Source of the DNA: a virus | Taxonomy: Duplodnaviria; Heunggongvirae; Uroviricota; Caudoviricetes | Virus record (IMG/VR): IMGVR_UViG_3300002542_000292 | DNA: 64,000 nucleotides | Reading direction: 5' to 3' (one strand) | Shown here: positions 59,764-64,000 of the stretch, one piece after another | How the letters are laid out: each line of letters opens with the position of its first letter | Numbering within the stretch: position 1 is the stretch's first letter | Translations under genes and position numbers: made by a program | The notes under the pieces: generated by a model | What the model was told of the DNA's origin: nothing | Databases searched by the model: none | The model's input: only the letters and a program-made list of their open reading frames with translations

Positions 59764-60237
59764 ATGAACATGGATTTGAACACTGCACTTTCCCAACTTC
59801 GGAATATCTGCATCAACACGGGCAACCAACACGTGTATGACTCCGTCAAAGAAACCTTGGACCGTTCCGCCGTCAAGAACGAAACCATCCAAGCAAGCAA
59901 GGTGGCGGAACTCATCGAATATGTGAAAACCAATTCCTCGTATTCTGGTCAAGAAATCAGTCAGATTATGAAAAGCCTCGGCGCGGAATTCTTCCGCATT
60001 ACGGAAAACACCCCTGGACAAATTTCCTTCACATGCAAGATTAAACGCAAGGTGTACAATGTGAAGATCTTGCACCCGACATCCCGCTACGTACTCGGAC
60101 AAGGACCGTGGAAAGTCACGCCGGCCGTGTACACAGACAGCGCCCAAAAGGAAGCAAGGAAGTTGCAGGAACTCCTTCTCGACAAATATCCGTATAAAAA
60201 AGTCGAAATCCAGACGGCAGACTACGTGTTGGTATGA
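59764..60237 (+). CDS. Hypothetical protein (157 aa)
   Basis: GGAAGGAG RBS; terminator downstream. Confidence 0.5.
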   Translation: MNMDLNTALSQLRNICINTGNQHVYDSVKETLDRSAVKNETIQASKVAELIEYVKTNSSYSGQEISQIMKSLGAEFFRITENTPGQISFTCKIKRKVYNVKILHPTSRYVLGQGPWKVTPAVYTDSAQKEARKLQELLLDKYPYKKVEIQTADYVLV

Positions 60238-60250
60238 TATTCCTCTCCAT

Positions 60251-60290
60251 ACTTGAAGGCAGGAATGCTTAAGCATTCCTGCCTTCAAGT
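60251..60290. terminator. 40-nt perfect palindrome ACTTGAAGGCAGGAATGCTTAAGCATTCCTGCCTTCAAGT
   Basis: Between convergent genes. Confidence 0.75.
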
Positions 60291-60946
60291 ATGTCGACCA
60301 TTTTGGGGATATCGTTTGTGATGAATTTGCCATATTCTTCCAGGTATTCTGCCGTAATTCCCGACTGTAGCGTTGCATATTCTGCGAAGATGGAAAGAAG
60401 ATCTTCCACGATGTTCGGATCTTGATCTCCTATTTCTTCGACGAGAGCGATGTACTTCCCATTGAGGTGGAACAGGCGACATGCGCAAAAGTCGAAAGCT
60501 TTGGTGTTGTTCTGCATGCGGATGATGTCTTCCACGTCGGAGAAGGTATACACCGCATAATCCGCAGGAATGACGTCGAGTGCAATTTCTCCTTGTTCGA
60601 CGTGTCCTTCATCGTAGTAATCTTCCACCACGTCTTCGTCTTCGTCGGTATCTTCGTCTTCTTCTATATCCGCGCCACAGCTCAGGTACTTTACAAGAGC
60701 CATGACGTTCGGTTCAGACTTGTCTTTTTCTTCGCAAATGGTGACTTGAAATTCCGTGGGTTGTGCGGCAAGGTCGTATTTCCTTACCACCACATCTATG
60801 GCATAAGTCGCCAGACGTTGCGTGGCTTCCACACTTTTGCGCACCTGATTCGCATTTACTCCAACGCTTTCCAGAAGGCTAGCCTGGTCGAATATGCAGA
60901 CGAATTCGTTTTCGTTTTTCCTGATGATTTGAACCACGAATAACAC
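60269..60946 (-). CDS. Highly acidic hypothetical protein (D/E-rich tract)
   Basis: 225-aa ORF with IEEDEDTDEDEDVVEDYYDE. Confidence 0.45.
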   Translation of the reverse strand: MLFVVQIIRKNENEFVCIFDQASLLESVGVNANQVRKSVEATQRLATYAIDVVVRKYDLAAQPTEFQVTICEEKDKSEPNVMALVKYLSCGADIEEDEDTDEDEDVVEDYYDEGHVEQGEIALDVIPADYAVYTFSDVEDIIRMQNNTKAFDFCACRLFHLNGKYIALVEEIGDQDPNIVEDLLSIFAEYATLQSGITAEYLEEYGKFITNDIPKMVDILEGRNA

Positions 60947-61066
60947 CGCCTTCCGTGCCTGTGTAGACGAAACGGAAACTTTAACGTTCCGTTACGAAAA
61001 TTTTAATATGAAAAAGTATGAAAAGTCAATACATTGAACCGAATGCAGATCGGTCCTATTATTTAA

Positions 61067-61096
61067 TTGACAATGCAACTGCATACATGATATAAT
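61067..61096 (+). promoter_or_regulatory. Consensus promoter TTGACA-N18-TATAAT
   Basis: TTGACA 61067-61072 and TATAAT 61091-61096 read directly; ~100-nt leader with CTTGCAAAC/CTGCAAAA repeats before the ParM-like gene. Confidence 0.6.
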
Positions 61097-61200
61097 CTGA
61101 CATGAAGGTCAAAGTCTTGCAAACAGCCATAGTACCGTGCAGACGACCGTACAGACAAGGGTGCTGGGTTTCCCAGACTGCAAAATGGGAGGTTGGATAG

Positions 61201-62253
61201 ATGTCACTGAAGGTTTCCGTAGACGCGGGGTACGGCTTTACCAAAGTCATCTCCAGCAAAGGAAAGCAAGCCGTTTTCCCAAGTCTCGTCGGATACGGAC
61301 GAGACAGGCTCAATCTGCTGAGCGAGAAAGATGGCAAGGAAAACCTGGAGAACCTCCAGGTAGTCATTCGGGATGGCGGCGAAACTTACAACTACTTCAT
61401 CGGCGAACTTGCCAAACGCGAGAGCGAGAACGCAACCTACATCATGGGGACCGACCGGCTGGCGGACCACCGGGCGAAGGCTTTGGTGCTGACGGCTGTG
61501 GCTGTAGTCATGGGGGATCACAACGACTCCGTCGAAGAACTCGCATTGGGTCTGCCCCTCCAATACTACAGCAAGCATCGGGGAGAACTGCAGAAAGCTT
61601 TCGAACAAACGAAGGCAGAGATCTCCTTCGTCTCCGGCGGATTCGTTCCGAAAACCATCGAATTCAACAGGGTGAGCGTTTACCCGCAAGCGGCCGGCGC
61701 TCTTTGGGCGCAACTTTTCAACGACAAGGGTGAATTTCGGAATCCGAAGCTTTCGGGTCTTGTTGGACTCATTGATATCGGGTTCAAGACGACGGATTTC
61801 ATCGTTATCGACCTCAACGACGGAATGCGGCTCCGTTCGGAACTGTCTGGTACGATCGAACAAGGCATGCGGCAGGTCATCGAAAATTCGCAACGTTGGT
61901 TCGAACTGCAGGTCGGCAATTCCGTGGATCCCAACGAATTCGAACACGCCATGCTGAAGGGCGACTGCCAATTCACCTACAGCCAATACATCGGCGGGCA
62001 GCGCATCCGCAAGGAATACAACCTCAGGCCGATCTACGACAAATTCAAAGCCGAACTTGCAACGACGATCAAGGAACGTGTGCGGCAGAAGTGGGGTTCG
62101 CGTATCAACTTTTTCCACATGGTGTTCCTTGCGGGCGGCGGCGCGATGGCACTGCACAAATACTTTGACGATTTCGAACTCGAAAGCAAGCTGTGCAACA
62201 CGCCGCAAATGTCGAATGCGAAGGGATTTCTCCTTATGTCCAGCATCAATTGA
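61201..62253 (+). CDS. ParM/StbA-family actin-like ATPase
   Basis: N-terminal VSVDAGYGFTKV (actin phosphate-1 motif), LIDIGFKTTD (phosphate-2); GGAGGT RBS. Confidence 0.7.
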   Translation: MSLKVSVDAGYGFTKVISSKGKQAVFPSLVGYGRDRLNLLSEKDGKENLENLQVVIRDGGETYNYFIGELAKRESENATYIMGTDRLADHRAKALVLTAVAVVMGDHNDSVEELALGLPLQYYSKHRGELQKAFEQTKAEISFVSGGFVPKTIEFNRVSVYPQAAGALWAQLFNDKGEFRNPKLSGLVGLIDIGFKTTDFIVIDLNDGMRLRSELSGTIEQGMRQVIENSQRWFELQVGNSVDPNEFEHAMLKGDCQFTYSQYIGGQRIRKEYNLRPIYDKFKAELATTIKERVRQKWGSRINFFHMVFLAGGGAMALHKYFDDFELESKLCNTPQMSNAKGFLLMSSIN

Positions 62254-62442
62254 TGCAGGACGATATACGAAGGGGATGTGTACATACAGTTCACATCCCC
62301 TTTTATCATTTTTGGCAATATACATACAATCCGTCTTGTTAACAAAGACTTTTATTGGAAAGTCTTGACAAAATACCCAACCATATGGTAGAATCAAAAT
62401 ATGGATTTGTGAATATTATGTGTAGTGTAAGGAGTGGTTGGA

Positions 62443-63485
62443 TGTATATTGTCAGACAAGTTCAAGGGCAGGAAGGGATCGTGAATGCATTTACCTTCAT
62501 GCCCAGAGGTTCTCTGTTGAAGGAGTGCGCGGATTTTATCACCGTACACTGCCGGATGTCAGAATTCATCGATGTGCCAAGCGGTCGCATGAACATGGTG
62601 GTAGAGCTTGGCGCACCGGGATTCCGCAGGTACACGGGACAACCGTCCTTCATGTTGGGACTTGTTTCCACTGCGGACGGAATTCGGTTGCATTATCCGG
62701 AATCCCATGCCGGAATGTCGGATGCAGATTTCCGCAAAATGGTCGGACTGGATGACGACCGCGAGTGGGACGAATTCCGTTCCGAACTTGCGGAAGATGT
62801 GTTCGCAGCTTGCGAACAGATGGGCTTCGCCAACAAGAACTTCCGTATTCGCGTCATCTATGTTCGCGGAGAACCACGGAAGATTCGGTTCCGTCCGAAA
62901 TCGATGATTGCGGACTATCTGATGGAGGTCGGGATCGACCTCGACCTATCCGGGTTCATCGATTTGGAAAACCGGCCCAAGAAGAAGGGCAAGGACAACG
63001 AACCCATCGAAGTCTATCTGGCACAACTCCGCAAGGAACTCCGCGCAAAAGGGTGGTCCGAAGCGGAAATCGAAGCGGAAGTGGAAAGACAGTCCACGGT
63101 TGCCCAGTTCGACATCATGCTCAGCCTGTACTACACGACATGCGGTCAATTCTTCCCGCTCGCAATGTACACTTCAGCCAGCGGGGGAGTAAAGTTTTGG
63201 AATGGCACGGAATCGAACAGATACCAACAAGATCTGGTGGGGATCGTCAGGGTGCCGCCCGAAAAACTCAAGGACTTCATGGAGAACCTGCATGGGGAAG
63301 TGTTGGCGGTTCTCCATGAAATGGGGATCAAATACTTGTCCAATTCGGTGTTTGATCTCGGTCTCGATGAACCTTGGGCAGATTCCGTCCGGGACATCGA
63401 CATGGAGACAATCAGCAAACTCCGGAAAAAACCGACCAAACCGACCAAACCGACCAAAAAGACCTCCAAAAAAGTCGCTGTCTGA
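62443..63485 (+). CDS. Hypothetical protein encoded downstream of parM-like; C-terminal (KPT)3 basic repeat
   Basis: ATG after GTGTAAGGAGTGG; tandem CCGACCAAA x3 at 63429-63456. Confidence 0.45.
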
Positions 63486-63626
63486 TCTGCAAACCGAGAC
63501 TGCCAATAGGCAGTCTCATTGCTTTTGAAGATAATCCGACGACTTTGCGACAAAGAATTTGATTGACCAAACGAAACTTTTCATGTTAGAATGTTGATAG
63601 AAAAACGATGCAAAGGAGATTGCGCC

Positions 63627-63974
63627 ATGTCGAAGAAACTCAAGAAGATCGAAAAGGAAACCCACGTCCATTTCAATGAATACAGCCTGACCGCAACGAT
63701 CACTACATACAATCCCAAGTGGATCAATCGGCTCAAGAAATACGGCATCGAACCCGTGGAAGTGGACGAAACGGGCATGCACGTGTTCGAAGGGATTCCG
63801 GCCCACTGGATGATTCCGAAAAGGCCGCCGGCCCGCAGCGAGAAGCAGAAGGAAACCTCCAGGACAAACATTCAGAAACTGCTCGAAAGGAATGCGGCCG
63901 CGAGCGGTTCTGCAGATGCCGATGCAGACGACTCGGACAACGCAGACGTCAACTTCGACGACGATGCATATTGA
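63627..63974 (+). CDS. Hypothetical protein with an acidic C-terminus
   Basis: AAAGGAGA RBS. Confidence 0.45.
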   Translation: MSKKLKKIEKETHVHFNEYSLTATITTYNPKWINRLKKYGIEPVEVDETGMHVFEGIPAHWMIPKRPPARSEKQKETSRTNIQKLLERNAAASGSADADADDSDNADVNFDDDAY

Positions 63975-64000
63975 ACCGCATGGACACGAAAAAGGCCAAC

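Noticed and set aside
61204-62397. 397-aa minus-strand ORF covering the ParM-like gene
   Set aside because: Antisense; the plus frame has actin-fold phosphate motifs, an RBS and a promoter

Overview
This 64-kb window (about 45% GC) looks like part of a large mobile element from a spore-forming Firmicute, most likely a giant phage or a phage-plasmid/megaplasmid. No capsid, terminase or tail genes fall inside the window, so phage versus plasmid cannot be settled from sequence alone. Everything below is manual reading of the sequence and the ORF track; no searches or fold predictions were run.

What is in the window, in order:
- 440-2100: a 2-kb AT-rich noncoding block carrying two families of short repeats.
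- 2224-4539 (-): a P-loop primase/helicase-like gene immediately next to that repeat block.
- 5129-7461: isolated tRNAs (Tyr, Ser, Thr), with Ile2/Met and Pro at 13466-13826.
- 14482-16373: a dense array of roughly 13 tRNA or tRNA-like genes. Several are non-canonical (His, Cys, Trp, a degenerate Phe-like), three could not be fully folded, and a 149-nt element with a perfect 21-bp inverted repeat sits among them.
- Two ankyrin-repeat genes (14460-14885 and 18105-18767).
- 18852-23553: a J-domain protein, a vWA protein, a divergent adenylosuccinate-synthetase (PurA-like) homolog and two lipoproteins.
- 25151-27900: a flotillin-like SPFH/NfeD pair followed by a coiled-coil M23 peptidase.
- 28127-31600: the nrdI-nrdE-nrdF ribonucleotide reductase operon.
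- 33691-37102: an FtsH-like AAA+ metalloprotease and a second, membrane-anchored J-domain protein.
- 39334-46253: gyrA and gyrB, separated by thyA, an Spx-like regulator (CxxS instead of CxxC) and a SpoVS homolog.
- 48204-51275: a PIN-PhoH ATPase and an OB-fold plus HD-domain (YhaM-like) protein.
- 53738-63485: a plasmid-like module with a VirD4/TraG-like translocase, an A24 prepilin-peptidase-like protease, a primase-polymerase (GNGYH motif) and a ParM-like actin ATPase downstream of a consensus promoter.

Recurring features: about a dozen genes share a strikingly conserved extended ribosome-binding leader, TGTAAGGAGTGT(T)GTG-N-ATG. Many convergent gene pairs share perfect bidirectional hairpin terminators.

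The observations most worth a second look are the non-canonical tRNA array with its embedded structured element, the plasmid-like DNA-transfer/partition module, the PurA/PurZ-like enzyme, the host-mimic regulators (Spx-like, SpoVS, FtsH-like, flotillin/NfeD), and the iteron-like repeat block beside the helicase gene.
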